A DNA stretch of 63,941 nt, filler included, from 8 parts of 8 records of this genome joined end to end with filler, not necessarily neighbours in it; one strand, 5' to 3'. Shown: positions 19,717 to 30,186, counted from the whole stretch's first letter. Numbers and translations: made by a program. Notes: generated by a model not told the origin, from the letters alone.

Positions 19717-20613
19717 TCAGGAGCCTTCGGGCACGCGGTATTCCACGAATTCCGTGCGTTGGATGGGTTGGAAGTTGTCGTCCGAGACCATGGTCAGCCG
19801 GATGTCGCCGCGCGCATCCCGCCAGACCGCGAGGCCTTCGAGGTTGTCGTGGCGCAGGGTGTGCGTGGTCAGGAGGGTGTCGGCCTCTACGATCCGGTCG
19901 CCGTCCAGAGTGAAGCGCCGCACCCGGCTGCGGAAGCCGAAGCCGGAGAAGCCGCGCTCCAGCGTGTAGAGGCGCCCTTTGTCGTCGAAATCCGCGCCGA
20001 CCATCAGGAAGCCGTTCGAGCGCGGGATGGAAAAGGGCTGCGTCCATGTCCCGCCCTCGAGCCGGTAGACCGGGAAGGGCCGCGTCAGATGTCCCGACCG
20101 TTCGGGGATTGCGTGCAGACGCCCCTGCCCGTCCACGGCAAGCGCCTCGAGTCCGCCGTTCTCGTTCGGGAGAGCCGCGAAGGCCGGGGCGACCGGGACC
20201 CATTCGGCGCGCGTCGGCGTCGGGTAGGTCCAGACGCGGTGATAGCCTTCGAAGGAGATGAAGATCCGTCCCTGCGCGTCGACGACGAGGCCTTCGGCGT
20301 CTGCCATGAAGGGGTCGACCTTGCGCCCGAAGGTGTTGCCCAGCGGCGTCAGCCGGGCCTCCTCGATCGCCGCGATGCGCCCGTCTTCGCGCCGGAAGCG
20401 GCCCGTCGCGAGGGCGCCCCTGTCAGAGATGACGGTGAACCCCATGCCGTCCGCCGAGACTTCGAGGCCGGAGAAGCCGCCGAAGCCCTCGGCCTTCGAC
20501 GTCCATCTGTAGCTGGCGATGAATTCGGCCGTCGTCACCTGTGCGGCCGAGGCGGTCAGCCACAGGCACGAGGCGAAGAGCGCCGCGAGGCGGCGTGTGA
20601 AACGCGGAAACAT
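19717..20613 (-). CDS. Esterase-like activity of phytase family protein (beta-propeller)
   Basis: Signal peptide, FGGFSGL, ISDRG, DAEGL, GLEAL, DNLEG, VSDDNF. Confidence 0.85.
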   Translation of the reverse strand: MFPRFTRRLAALFASCLWLTASAAQVTTAEFIASYRWTSKAEGFGGFSGLEVSADGMGFTVISDRGALATGRFRREDGRIAAIEEARLTPLGNTFGRKVDPFMADAEGLVVDAQGRIFISFEGYHRVWTYPTPTRAEWVPVAPAFAALPNENGGLEALAVDGQGRLHAIPERSGHLTRPFPVYRLEGGTWTQPFSIPRSNGFLMVGADFDDKGRLYTLERGFSGFGFRSRVRRFTLDGDRIVEADTLLTTHTLRHDNLEGLAVWRDARGDIRLTMVSDDNFQPIQRTEFVEYRVPEGS

Positions 20614-20620
20614 GCTGCGT

Positions 20621-21541
20621 TCAGTTCGCCGCGAGGACGTCGGCGCATTGCGCGGGCAGGTCGCCCATGGTCAGCTCACGCTTGGGCGGCGCGGGCTTGG
20701 CGTTGGGGTCGGGCGGCGGCGGGTTGAGGATGTTGTTCACCCAGGCCTGCGCGTCGGCGCAGCCGTCACCGGCGGGCGGCGCGGCCTGATCGACGCAACC
20801 CGTGGCGCCCCGGGGGCAGTTCAGCCGGACGTGGAAATGGTAGTGGTGCCCGTACCACGGGCGCACCTTGCGCAGCCACGCGCGGTCGCCCTTTTCGTCG
20901 TTGCACATCTGCACCTTGGCGCCCGGGAAAATGAAGATCCGCGCCACGCGAGGGTCGCTGGCGGCGGCCTTGACGATCTCGTGGTGCGCACGGGTCCAGT
21001 TGTTGTTGGTGTAGGCGCCCGAGGACCGCCGGGTGGAGATCGACGAGATCGCCTCGCGCTCGCGCGCCGAGAGCGACAGGTTGTTCGCGGGCAGCATCCA
21101 GACGTCCACATCCAGCCCGATCTGGTGGCTGGCGTGGCCGGTCAGCATCGGCCCGCCACGCGGCTGGCTCATGTCGCCGATGTAAAGCCCGTTCCACCCG
21201 GGCTGCTGCGCCGCCTTGCGGCTGAGGTCCTGCACGTAATCCACAAGCTCGGGGTGGCCCCAGTTGCGGTTGCGGCTGAGACGCATGGCCTGCCACGTTG
21301 GGCCGGTCTCGGGCAGTTGCATCCCGCCCGCGAGGCAGCCCCGCGCGTAGGAGCCCAGCGGCGCCGAACTTTGCTGCGAGGCGGCGGACTTGGCGCCGAA
21401 AAGCTGCTTGGCCTGCTTGGAGGACAGCACCGGGTCGATGGTGCGCCGAAGCTCCATCCGCTCGCCCGAGATGTCGCGGGGGGCCGGGCTGCACGCCGCG
21501 AGGGTGGCGGCCAGCGTCAGGGAAATCAGGGTGCGGATCAT
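20621..21541 (-). CDS. mepA: Penicillin-insensitive murein endopeptidase (lipoprotein)
   Basis: Lipobox LAAC, GSYARGCLAG, RNRNWGHP, GHASHQIGLDVD, HHYHFHVRL. ATG overlaps the upstream stop (ATGA). Confidence 0.92.
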   Translation of the reverse strand: MIRTLISLTLAATLAACSPAPRDISGERMELRRTIDPVLSSKQAKQLFGAKSAASQQSSAPLGSYARGCLAGGMQLPETGPTWQAMRLSRNRNWGHPELVDYVQDLSRKAAQQPGWNGLYIGDMSQPRGGPMLTGHASHQIGLDVDVWMLPANNLSLSAREREAISSISTRRSSGAYTNNNWTRAHHEIVKAAASDPRVARIFIFPGAKVQMCNDEKGDRAWLRKVRPWYGHHYHFHVRLNCPRGATGCVDQAAPPAGDGCADAQAWVNNILNPPPPDPNAKPAPPKRELTMGDLPAQCADVLAAN

Positions 21542-22905
21542 TCTGCTCGTGCTCCGTCTGGATGGACGTAGCGTAGCAGAAACAACCCCACGAGGAAAAG
21601 CAGGATCACCGGCAGAAAGGCCAGCTGGTTCGAATTCGTGATGACGGCGAAGACGGTGATCAGCGCGGGCGCGAGGAAGGCGGTGGCCTTGCCGGCGAAG
21701 GCGAAGAGACCGAAGGCTTCGCCCGGGTGCTGCGGGTCGGTGTGCCGCACCATCATGCTGCGCGAGGCGGAATAGAGCGCCCCGCCCGCCCCGCCGATGG
21801 CCGCGCCGCAGAAGTAGAAGAGGATGTCGGGCAGCTTCGACCCCTCGGCCAGCGGGATGAAGAACAGGTGCTCGCGCGACATGCCGACGATGATCGCGCC
21901 GACGCCGATCATGGCCCAGATGCACAGGGCGATGACCGGCTTCGGCCCCAGCCTGTGGTCCGCGATCCCGCCGAGCCACGAGATCACGGCGGCGGCCACG
22001 GCGGCGATGATGCCGAAGACGCCGATCTGGATCGTTTCCCAGTCCAGCACCTGCCGGGCGTAGATCCCGCCATAGGCGTAGAGCGCCGTCAGCGCGTCGC
22101 GGTAGAACAGCGAAGACAGAAGGAAGGCCCGGGTCGAGGGCTGTTTTGCCACCCGGCGAATGCTGACCCAGAGCCCGCCCAGAACCTCGTTGAAGCGCGG
22201 GCGCTCGCGGTCGAGTGCCGGGTTCTCGCGCGTCCAGAGGATGAAGGGGATCAGGAAGACCGCGAACCAGATCCCGATGAAGGGCCCGACGAAGCGCGTG
22301 CCCTCGCGCATCTCGGGGTCGAGACCGAAGGCGGGGGCCAGCGCGATCAGGGTCTTGCCACTTTCGTTCTCGGCGAAGAACAGCAGCATCGCGAACAGCG
22401 CGACCACCCCGCCCCAATAGCCGAAGGCGGTGGCTCCGCCGGAGATGCGCCCGATCTCTTCGGGAGTCCCGAGTTCCGGCAGGAAGGCGTTGTTGAGGTT
22501 GAAGGCGACCTCGGAGCAGACGAAGCCCAGCCAGAACAGCGCCAGCGCCAGCATCAGGTTCGAGCCGTCCGGCATCAGCGTCCAGAGCCCGCAGGCGCAG
22601 GCCACGGCCAGCGCCGTGAAGACGAGGATCCACGGTCTCTTGCGTCCCGACGCATCGGCCCATGCGCCAAGGAAGGGGGCCGAGAAGGCGATGATCAGCC
22701 CGGCCACGGTCTGCGCCGAGGACCAGAGCGTCTGCGCCTCGACCTTGGCATCGTCGACGGCGGCGCCCTGCGCGATCAGCATGTCGGTGGCGACGGCGGC
22801 GAAATAGGGCGCGAAGATGAAGGTCAAGCCCAGCGTCGCGTAGGGCTGCTGGGCCCAGTCGAAGAACATCCAGCCCCAGATGCGTTTCCTTGGTGATGTG
22901 CCCAT
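21538..22905 (-). CDS. MFS transporter (Atg22/UMF1-like)
   Basis: WGWMFFDWAQQPY, GAWADASG, NAFLPEL, EAFGLFAFAGKATAFLAP. Confidence 0.88.
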   Translation of the reverse strand: MGTSPRKRIWGWMFFDWAQQPYATLGLTFIFAPYFAAVATDMLIAQGAAVDDAKVEAQTLWSSAQTVAGLIIAFSAPFLGAWADASGRKRPWILVFTALAVACACGLWTLMPDGSNLMLALALFWLGFVCSEVAFNLNNAFLPELGTPEEIGRISGGATAFGYWGGVVALFAMLLFFAENESGKTLIALAPAFGLDPEMREGTRFVGPFIGIWFAVFLIPFILWTRENPALDRERPRFNEVLGGLWVSIRRVAKQPSTRAFLLSSLFYRDALTALYAYGGIYARQVLDWETIQIGVFGIIAAVAAAVISWLGGIADHRLGPKPVIALCIWAMIGVGAIIVGMSREHLFFIPLAEGSKLPDILFYFCGAAIGGAGGALYSASRSMMVRHTDPQHPGEAFGLFAFAGKATAFLAPALITVFAVITNSNQLAFLPVILLFLVGLFLLRYVHPDGARAE

Positions 22906-22987
22906 GCCTGCCCCCCGGGTGTCGTCGCGATAGAACATCCGCGACGGGCGGCTGTCCAGTGCGACCAGGCCGTGGGGCGCAGACCCG

Positions 22988-23524
22988 TCAGCCGCGCGCC
23001 GGGGGCCATGGCCGCCGGTCTTCCGCCTCGATCCAGCCCTGCACCCAGTCGGGCAACGGCGGCGAGGGCTCGGCATGGCCCATGGCCTGCATCACGCGCT
23101 CCGGAGGAACGATGCCGTTGCGGTCCGTGCAGGCGGCGCGGAACACCGCATGGCTGGAGCAGTCCCCGTCGGGGCGCCACATGCTCTGGTCGATGTAGCT
23201 GAAGCGCCGGTCCCAGCCGAGAAAGCGCGAGCGGATCTCGATGCGGTCGAACATCCGCACCCGGCGGCGATACCGCACCACGGACCCCGCGATGGTCAGG
23301 CCCCAGCGCTGCTCCTTCAGCACGTCGACCAATCCGGTGCGCACGGCAAAGGGGATGCGCCCGAGATCGTAGATCGTCAGCGTGCGCCCGTTGTTGAGCT
23401 CGTTCCACGGGTCGAGATCCCACGGCAGGCAGCGGTGATGCGAGACATGGGTGTCGAAAAGCCCCAGCCGGGGCTGGCCCTTGGCGCGGCGGGTGTCCTT
23501 GAGGAGGCGGAAGAACGGGTACAT
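22988..23524 (-). CDS. Acyl-CoA thioesterase-like (hotdog fold)
   Basis: PWDLDPWNELNNGRTLTIYDLGR motif. Confidence 0.85.
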   Translation of the reverse strand: MYPFFRLLKDTRRAKGQPRLGLFDTHVSHHRCLPWDLDPWNELNNGRTLTIYDLGRIPFAVRTGLVDVLKEQRWGLTIAGSVVRYRRRVRMFDRIEIRSRFLGWDRRFSYIDQSMWRPDGDCSSHAVFRAACTDRNGIVPPERVMQAMGHAEPSPPLPDWVQGWIEAEDRRPWPPARG

Positions 23525-23651
23525 GCAGGGTCTCCTTTGTGCCTTCGCTGCCGCTCTGCCGCGCCGGCGTCAACCGCAACCCTGCGGCACACTTGCCCTT
23601 TACGCCCGTCGTGCTTAGGTCTGCGCCGACCCCGCTCATGAAAGGCCCGCA

Positions 23652-23945
23652 ATGCAGTCTCTCTACCAGATCATCATGCTGATCCTCGACGTGGTGTGGT
23701 TCATCATCATCGCCCATGTCATCATGAGCTGGCTGATCAACTTCCAGGTCCTGAACTTGCGTCAGCCGCTGGTCGCGCAGATCTGGGACGGGCTGAACCG
23801 CCTGCTGGAACCGATCTATTCGAAGATCCGCCAGGTGCTGCCGCAGATGGGCGGGCTGGACCTTGCGCCGCTGGTGGCGCTGCTGGGCCTGTTGGCGATC
23901 CGCATCATTCTGCAGAACAACGCCGGGTTCTTCTACGGCCTCTGA
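23652..23945 (+). CDS. yggT: YggT family membrane protein
   Basis: IMSWL, LLEPIY..IR..LP.MGGLDLAP. Confidence 0.92.
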   Translation: MQSLYQIIMLILDVVWFIIIAHVIMSWLINFQVLNLRQPLVAQIWDGLNRLLEPIYSKIRQVLPQMGGLDLAPLVALLGLLAIRIILQNNAGFFYGL

Positions 23946-23959
23946 GCCCCGGACAGGCG

Positions 23960-24014
23960 CGAAGTCTTCGCCGAAGACTTCGGCCGCGGGCAGAGTCTTC
24001 TTCGAAGACTCTGC
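23960..24014. repeat. Pair of related palindromes (REP-like)
   Basis: CGAAGTCTTC-GCC-GAAGACTTCG and GCAGAGTCTTC-TTC-GAAGACTCTGC. Confidence 0.65.
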
Positions 24015-24101
24015 GGCGACCCACCCCGAGTTGGGGGTTGATTCACCGAATCTTAATGTGGGATTGTCGATGCTGAGCAGACACAAGATATCGACAGGCC
24101 C

Positions 24102-26156
24102 ATGCCAAAGGATCAGCCGCCCGCAGAGGCGTTTCTGAAGGACATCTTCGGATTCGACAGCTTTCGTCCCGGTCAGGGCGAGATCGTCGAAGCGGTGGCC
24201 CGCGGCGAGAACGTGCTGGCCATCATGCCCACGGGCGGCGGCAAATCCCTGTGTTTCCAACTGCCTGCGCTGATGCGCTCGGGCGTGACGGTGGTGATCT
24301 CTCCGCTGATCGCCCTGATGCGGGATCAGGTGCGCGGGCTGCGCGAGGCGGGCGTGGTCGCCGGCGCACTGACCTCGGGCAACACGCCCGAAGAGACCGA
24401 CGCGGTCTGGGCTGCGCTGCATGACGGATCGCTGAAGCTGCTCTACCTCGCACCGGAACGGCTGGCCAATGCCGGCACCCAGCGGATGCTCGCCGAGGCG
24501 GGCGTGTCGATGATCGCCGTGGACGAGGCGCATTGCGTCAGCCAGTGGGGCCACGACTTCCGCCCCGACTACCTGCGCATCGGAGAGCTGCGGCGCATGC
24601 TGGACGTGCCGCTTGCCGCCTTCACCGCCACCGCCGACGTCGAGACCCAGCAGGAGATCGTCACCCGCCTCTTCGACGGGCAGCCGCCGCGCGCCTTCCT
24701 GCGCGGCTTCGACCGGCCCAACATCACGCTGGGCTTCCAGCCCAAGAACAGCCCGCGCGCGCAGATCCTCTCCTACGCCGCCGCGCGCCGGGGCCAGTCC
24801 GGCATCGTCTACTGCGGCACCCGCGCCAAGACCGAGGGCATCGCCAAGGCCCTGCGCGACGAGGGGCACATCGCCTGCCACTACCACGGCGGGATGGAGG
24901 CGGACGACCGCCGCCATGTCGAGGAGCGCTTTGCCCGCGAGGACGGGTTGATCGTCTGCGCCACCGTGGCCTTCGGCATGGGCGTGGACAAGCCCGACAT
25001 CCGCTGGGTCGCCCACGCCGACCTGCCCAAGTCCATCGAGGCCTATTATCAGGAGATCGGGCGCGCCGGCCGCGACGGCGCCCCGGCCGAGACGCTGACG
25101 CTCTATGGCCCGGACGACATCCGCCTGCGCCGCACCCAGATCGACGAGGGCAACGCCCCGCCCGACCGCCGCGCCGCCGACCACGGGCGGCTGAACGCGC
25201 TGCTCGGGCTGGCCGAGGCGCAGGGCTGCCGCCGTCAGGCGCTGCTGGCCTACTTCGGCGAAACGACGCAGCCCTGCGGCAACTGCGACCTCTGCGAGAC
25301 CCCGCCCGAGCTGTTCGACGGCACCGAAGCGGTGCGCAAGGCTTTGTCCGCCGCGCTGCGCACCGGCGAAAGCTTTGGCGCCGGGCACCTGATCGACATC
25401 CTGATGGGCGCCGAGACCGACAAGATCCGCCAGCGCGGCCATGACGGGCTGCCCACCTTCGGCGTGGGGCGCGACCTGTCCAAGGGCCAGTGGCAGGCGG
25501 TGTTCCGGCAGATGATGGGCCTCGACCTGATGCGCCCGGATGCCGAGCGCCACGGCGCGCTGGTCATGACCGACCGCGCCCTGCCGATCCTGCGCGGCGA
25601 AGAGACGATCCAGCTGCGCCGCGACGTGCTGAAGGCGCAGGACCGCCGCCCCGCCGTGCGGGCGCTGGTGGGCGAAGAGGATGCGCCGCTGTTCTCGGCG
25701 CTCAAGGCCAAGCGCACCGCGCTGGCGCGCGAGGCGCAGGTGCCGCCCTACATGATCTTCCCCGACCGCACCCTGATCGAGATGGCCGAAAAGCGCCCGT
25801 CCACGCTGGACCAGCTGGCCCGGATCAACGGCGTCGGCGCCAAGAAACTGGACAGCTACGGCGCGGCCTTCCTGTCGGTCCTCACCGGCGACGATGCGGC
25901 GGAAGAGGTCCATCCGATGCGCCGCAGGCAGGCGGCCCGGGGCACCGGCGCGCTGTATGACGCCCTGCTCGAAGCGCAGGCGGACCTGCTGCGCGGGGCT
26001 GACGGGACCGAAAAACCGCTGTCCTGTTCCGCCTCGCTTCTGGCGAAGCTGGCGGAGCAGAAGCCCGACAGCGACGCGGGTCTGGCCCGCCTGCTGGGAG
26101 AGCGCCGGGCCGAACGCTTTGGCGCCGCCTTCCTCGACGTGCTGCGCAGCGCCTGA
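24102..26156 (+). CDS. recQ: DNA helicase RecQ
   Basis: MPTGGGKSLC, DEAHCVSQWGHDFRP, QEIGRAGRDG, CRR...CGNCDLC, HRDC domain. Confidence 0.97.
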   Translation: MPKDQPPAEAFLKDIFGFDSFRPGQGEIVEAVARGENVLAIMPTGGGKSLCFQLPALMRSGVTVVISPLIALMRDQVRGLREAGVVAGALTSGNTPEETDAVWAALHDGSLKLLYLAPERLANAGTQRMLAEAGVSMIAVDEAHCVSQWGHDFRPDYLRIGELRRMLDVPLAAFTATADVETQQEIVTRLFDGQPPRAFLRGFDRPNITLGFQPKNSPRAQILSYAAARRGQSGIVYCGTRAKTEGIAKALRDEGHIACHYHGGMEADDRRHVEERFAREDGLIVCATVAFGMGVDKPDIRWVAHADLPKSIEAYYQEIGRAGRDGAPAETLTLYGPDDIRLRRTQIDEGNAPPDRRAADHGRLNALLGLAEAQGCRRQALLAYFGETTQPCGNCDLCETPPELFDGTEAVRKALSAALRTGESFGAGHLIDILMGAETDKIRQRGHDGLPTFGVGRDLSKGQWQAVFRQMMGLDLMRPDAERHGALVMTDRALPILRGEETIQLRRDVLKAQDRRPAVRALVGEEDAPLFSALKAKRTALAREAQVPPYMIFPDRTLIEMAEKRPSTLDQLARINGVGAKKLDSYGAAFLSVLTGDDAAEEVHPMRRRQAARGTGALYDALLEAQADLLRGADGTEKPLSCSASLLAKLAEQKPDSDAGLARLLGERRAERFGAAFLDVLRSA

Positions 26157-26168
26157 GCGCAACGAAAG

Positions 26169-26196
26169 CGGCGCGCCCCGCAAGGGGGACGCGCCG
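26169..26196. terminator. GC-rich hairpin between convergent recQ and small peptide gene
   Basis: CGGCGCG-CCCC-GCAA-GGGG..CGCGCCG with a GNRA loop. Confidence 0.6.
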
Positions 26197-26216
26197 TGAC
26201 AGGAGCGGGAGGCCGG

Positions 26217-26441
26217 TCAGCGCGGTTTGCAGACCAGCTTGCTGCCGACGTAGGTCAGGAATTTGTAGGGATCGGCGCAATGCAGGCTGCCGTAGGCGCC
26301 GGCAAGGTAGGGCTTGCCCGCAACGAAGCAGAGGCCGTCCTTGCAGTAGGGTCTGGTGTCGGGATAGATCAGGTCCGCCTTGGCGGGCGCCGCCATCACG
26401 CAGGCAACGGCAAAGAGTTTGGCTGCAGTCATCATCTTCAT
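26217..26441 (-). CDS. Small secreted Cys-rich hypothetical protein (74 aa)
   Basis: GGAG SD, Sec signal ending AKA, four Cys in the 52-aa mature part, GC-rich third positions. Confidence 0.65.
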   Translation of the reverse strand: MKMMTAAKLFAVACVMAAPAKADLIYPDTRPYCKDGLCFVAGKPYLAGAYGSLHCADPYKFLTYVGSKLVCKPR

Positions 26442-26609
26442 AATTCTTCTCCGATTCGAAATAAGCGGTGCGTGCAGGATAATCGCAATTCCGTATCCGC
26501 AAACTCCTTCCCCCTTTCGGTCGGAATTCCCGCCGCCGTTCGCGTCGATTGCTGGACCTTTGCCGGGGTCGGCCCTATGTCACGGCCCGGATCGACGAAG
26601 GGAGACCTC

Positions 26610-27380
26610 ATGCTGGTGGTGATCTCTCCGGCCAAGCGGCTGGACTGGGAGGGGAGCGACGCCCTGATGACGCGCCCCGCGTTCGAAGCGGATGCGCAGC
26701 GGCTGGCGAAGACCATGCGCAACCTGTCCCTGCGCGACCTGAAGGGGCTGATGGACCTGTCGGACGATCTGGCGCGGCTGAACCGCGACCGGTTCCGCGA
26801 TTTTTCGGACATCCCGGAGGACGATGCGCTGCGCCCGGCCATGCTGGCCTTCGCCGGGGACACCTACATGGGTCTCGAAGCGGGCAGCCTCGATCCGGAC
26901 GAACGCGACTGGGCGCAAGAGCATCTGCGCATCCTCTCGGGGCTGTACGGCGTGCTGCGTCCGATGGACGGCATCCAGCCCTACCGGCTGGAGATGGGTG
27001 CGCGGCTGAAGACCCGGCGGGGCGCCTCGCTGTACGACTACTGGCGGGATGCGCCGGCCAAGGCGCTGCGGGCGCAGGCCGAGGCCCTGGGCACGGAGGT
27101 TCTGGTGAACTGCGCCAGTCAGGAATATTTCGGCGCCGTCGACCGCAAGGCGCTGAACCTGCGGGTGATCACGCCGGTCTTCCTCGAGGACAAGCCGAAC
27201 GGCCCGAAGATCGTCAGCTTCTTCGCGAAACGGGCGCGCGGCGCCATGGCCCGCTTCATCGTCCAGAACCGCCTGACCGACCCCGAGGCTCTGACGGCGT
27301 TCGACGCGGGCGGCTACCGCTACAGGGCCGACCTGTCGCAGCCGGACGCGCCGCATTTCCTGCGCGCCGCCGAGACCTGA
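26610..27380 (+). CDS. yaaA: Peroxide stress protein YaaA (DUF328)
   Basis: MLVVISPAK, ILSGLYGVLRP.D.IQPYRLEMG, NCASQEY, AKRARG. Confidence 0.94.
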   Translation: MLVVISPAKRLDWEGSDALMTRPAFEADAQRLAKTMRNLSLRDLKGLMDLSDDLARLNRDRFRDFSDIPEDDALRPAMLAFAGDTYMGLEAGSLDPDERDWAQEHLRILSGLYGVLRPMDGIQPYRLEMGARLKTRRGASLYDYWRDAPAKALRAQAEALGTEVLVNCASQEYFGAVDRKALNLRVITPVFLEDKPNGPKIVSFFAKRARGAMARFIVQNRLTDPEALTAFDAGGYRYRADLSQPDAPHFLRAAET

Positions 27381-27384
27381 CGTC

Positions 27385-29072
27385 TCAGGACACCCGCATG
27401 AACCGCGCCTGCCGTGCGTAATGCTCGAGCTTTTCGGCCAGAGCAGCCTTGCGCAGGGGTTTCGTCAGGTAGTCGGTCAGGCCCGCCTCAAGGATCGCCT
27501 CGCGGTCGCCGGCCATGGCATGGGCGGTGACGGCGATGATCGGCACCGGCGGGGCGTCCCCCTCCAGCCGGCGAATTTCGCGCGTGGCTTGCTTGCCGTC
27601 CATCCGGGGCATCGAGATGTCCATGAAGATCATGTCCGGGCGCCGCTCCCGAAAGGCGTCGACGGCCTCTATCCCGTTGTTTGCAAAGCGTAATGACAGG
27701 TCGAAGCCCGAGACCATCTTGCGAAAGACAAGCTGGTTGGTCTTGTTGTCCTCTGCAACCAGCACGTCCAGCAGATCGGTCGCCTGCGCCGTGTTGGCAC
27801 CCTCCACGGGCGGCGGATCGGCGGGCTCCAGGCTCAGCGGCGCCTCGACCCGTTCGAGCGCGGCAAACAGCGTTCGGCGGGCGACGGGCTTTTGCAGCAG
27901 GACCAGCGCCCGCTCCTCGGCGTCGGCATCGGCGGGGGCGGCACCGGCGCGGTCGGACAACAGGATCGCGGCGATGTCGCGCCCGCGCCGCGCAAGGGTC
28001 AGGAACTCCGGCCCCGGCATGTCGGGCAGCTCCTCCTCGACGATGATGAGGTCCGGCGGCGGCTGAAGCTGGTCCATCGCCTCGGCCCCGGTCTGGCAGA
28101 AGGTCACCGAGAGCCCGAGAATCGCCAGCTGCTTGGACAGGATGGAGCGGTTGGGCCCGTTGTCGTCGACCACCAGAACCCGCTTGAGATGCGGCGGCAG
28201 GTTGGCCGAGGGGTAATAGGACGGCTCTTCGCCGGGCAGCACGATGCGGAACCCGAAACAGCTGCCACGGCCCAGCTCGGACTCGACCCAGATGTCGCCG
28301 CCCATCATCTCGACCAGCCGCCGGGTGATGGCGAGCCCCAGCCCCGTCCCCTCGAACGTGCGGTTGCGCTCATCCTCCACCTGATTGAACTCGCCGAAGA
28401 CGTGGTCGACCTTGTCCGGCGGAATGCCGATGCCGGTATCCTCGACCGTGACGTGGATCGCGGTCTGGCCGCTGTCGTCCTCGACCCCCACGACCCGCAC
28501 GAGGACGTGCCCCTGCACGGTGAACTTCACCGCGTTGCCGACGAGGTTCGTCAGGATCTGCCGGATGCGCCCCACGTCGCCGACGAACCGCGTCGGCAGG
28601 AACATGTCGTAATCCAGCAGAAGCGACACATCTTTGTCCCGCGCGGTGGGTTGCAGCAGCGTCACCACCTCGTGGATCGCGCGTTCGAGATCGAAGGGTT
28701 CGGGGTGCAGGACCAGCTTGTCCGCCTCGATCTTGGAGTAGTCGAGGATGTCGTTGATGATCACCAGAAGCGCCTCGCCAGAGCTTCGGATGGTGTCGAG
28801 ATACAGCGCCTGCTCTTCGCTCAACTCGGTGTCGGACAACAGGTCGGCCATGCCGATCACGCCGTTCATCGGGGTCCGGATCTCATGGCTCATGTTGGCG
28901 AGGAAGGCCGACTTGGCGCGGTTCGCGGCCTCGGCGCGGATCGTCGCCTCCGTCAGGCGCTGCTGGTCCTGCTTGATCTGGGTGATGTCGATGCGCAGGC
29001 CGACGCGGCCACCATCGCGTGTCTCCCGCTCGTACACGCGCAGCCAGCGCCCGTCGTCGAGCTGCTGCTCAT
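27385..29072 (-). CDS. Hybrid sensor histidine kinase with two receiver domains (5' truncated)
   Basis: H-box FLANMSHEIRTPMN, NLVGNAVKFT, DTGIGI, GTGLGL, receivers VLVVDDN and VAEDN...FMDISMPRMDG. Confidence 0.93.
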
Positions 29073-29172
29073 NNNNNNNNNNNNNNNNNNNNNNNNNNNN
29101 NNNNNNNNNNNNNNNNTTAATTAATTAANNNNNNNNNNNNNNNNNNNNNNNNNNNNNNNNNNNNNNNNNNNN
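29073..29172. other. Artificial contig linker
   Basis: N44-TTAATTAATTAA-N44. Confidence 0.99.
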
Positions 29173-29196
29173 GCTCTACCGCTGAGCTACGCCGGA
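29173..29196 (-). tRNA. tRNA 5' fragment (probably Asn)
   Basis: Reverse complement TCCGGCGTAGCTCAGCGGTAGAGC gives an acceptor strand plus D-arm. U1-CC start suggests Asn. The anticodon is lost at the contig end. Confidence 0.65.
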
Positions 29197-29268
29197 ACGG
29201 TTTGCATCGTATAGCTATCGATTTTTCCAAGGTCCAGAGGGATTTTGCTCTCTTTTGGAAAAAATATT

Positions 29269-30186
29269 CTAGGCAAAAAGCTTGAACTTTGAGGTTCCTG
29301 ATAACTCCTGGATTGGTGCCACGAGTGATCTGTTCGTGAGGTCGATAAGGTGTGCGAACACGTTTCGTTCAGCTGCACCCAACAACGGTGCAGGCGTCTC
29401 GGTGTAGATGCGTTTGGCGAGCTCATAAGCCGTCGCTGATCCGTCTTTTAGCGCTTCAAGAATGCTGGTTTCACGGCTCAAACGATGTTGAATGAGCCAG
29501 TCTAATCGCGCTGCTGGGTTTGTGATGGGCGCACCGTGGCCAGGGTGGAACATCGACCACGGCCGCGCACGTAGTTTTCTGCAAGCCTGCATGAAATCGG
29601 TAAGGTCCCCGTCTGGCGGGGATACTAGTGAACTGGCCCATCCCATGACGTGATCTGCTGTAAAGCACAGCTCGCCCCATCCCAATGCAATATGATTGCC
29701 AAGATGCCCTGGGGTGTGAATGACCTCTAGCGCCCAATCGTCTCCTTTGATGAGATCCTGATCCCCAACTTCGATATCTGGTCGAAACTCAAAGTCGATA
29801 CCCTCGCCGCCGCTGCGCAAGCCGTTTTGTACAAGCTGCTGCATGATTTCGCTGCGCCCAGACTCTGGACCACCAAAGGCATAAATGGGCGCACCGCACT
29901 GTTGCGACAAAGGTTTCGCTAGGGGGGAGTGATCCAAGTGCGTATGAGTGACAATGATATGACTGACGCGCTGCGACGGATGCAGGGCATTCAGGATCGC
30001 CTCTAGATGTGGCTCACTTAAAGGACCTGGATCAATGACCGCGACATCTCGTTCACCAACCAAATATGTATTGGTTCCACGATAGGTCATGGGGGACGGG
30101 TTGGGGGCCACAATGCGTTGCAGACCAGGAGATATTTGAATCGCTTTTCCAACTGGTGGATTGAAATTGTCAGGCGGAAGTGGCAT
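29269..30186 (-). CDS. MBL-fold metallo-hydrolase (LACTB2-like)
   Basis: APNPSPMTYRGTNTY, THTHLDH, HTPGH, ADHVMG, PGHG. Confidence 0.9.
   Translation of the reverse strand: MPLPPDNFNPPVGKAIQISPGLQRIVAPNPSPMTYRGTNTYLVGERDVAVIDPGPLSEPHLEAILNALHPSQRVSHIIVTHTHLDHSPLAKPLSQQCGAPIYAFGGPESGRSEIMQQLVQNGLRSGGEGIDFEFRPDIEVGDQDLIKGDDWALEVIHTPGHLGNHIALGWGELCFTADHVMGWASSLVSPPDGDLTDFMQACRKLRARPWSMFHPGHGAPITNPAARLDWLIQHRLSRETSILEALKDGSATAYELAKRIYTETPAPLLGAAERNVFAHLIDLTNRSLVAPIQELSGTSKFKLFA

Noticed and set aside
21542-22663. Apparent 680-aa MepA with long N-terminal fusion
   Set aside because: The extension is an Arg-rich alternate frame of the MFS gene. The real start is the lipoprotein signal at 21541.
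22824-26183. 1119-aa minus-strand ORF
   Set aside because: Antisense shadow of recQ/yggT in high-GC DNA with no recognisable motifs.
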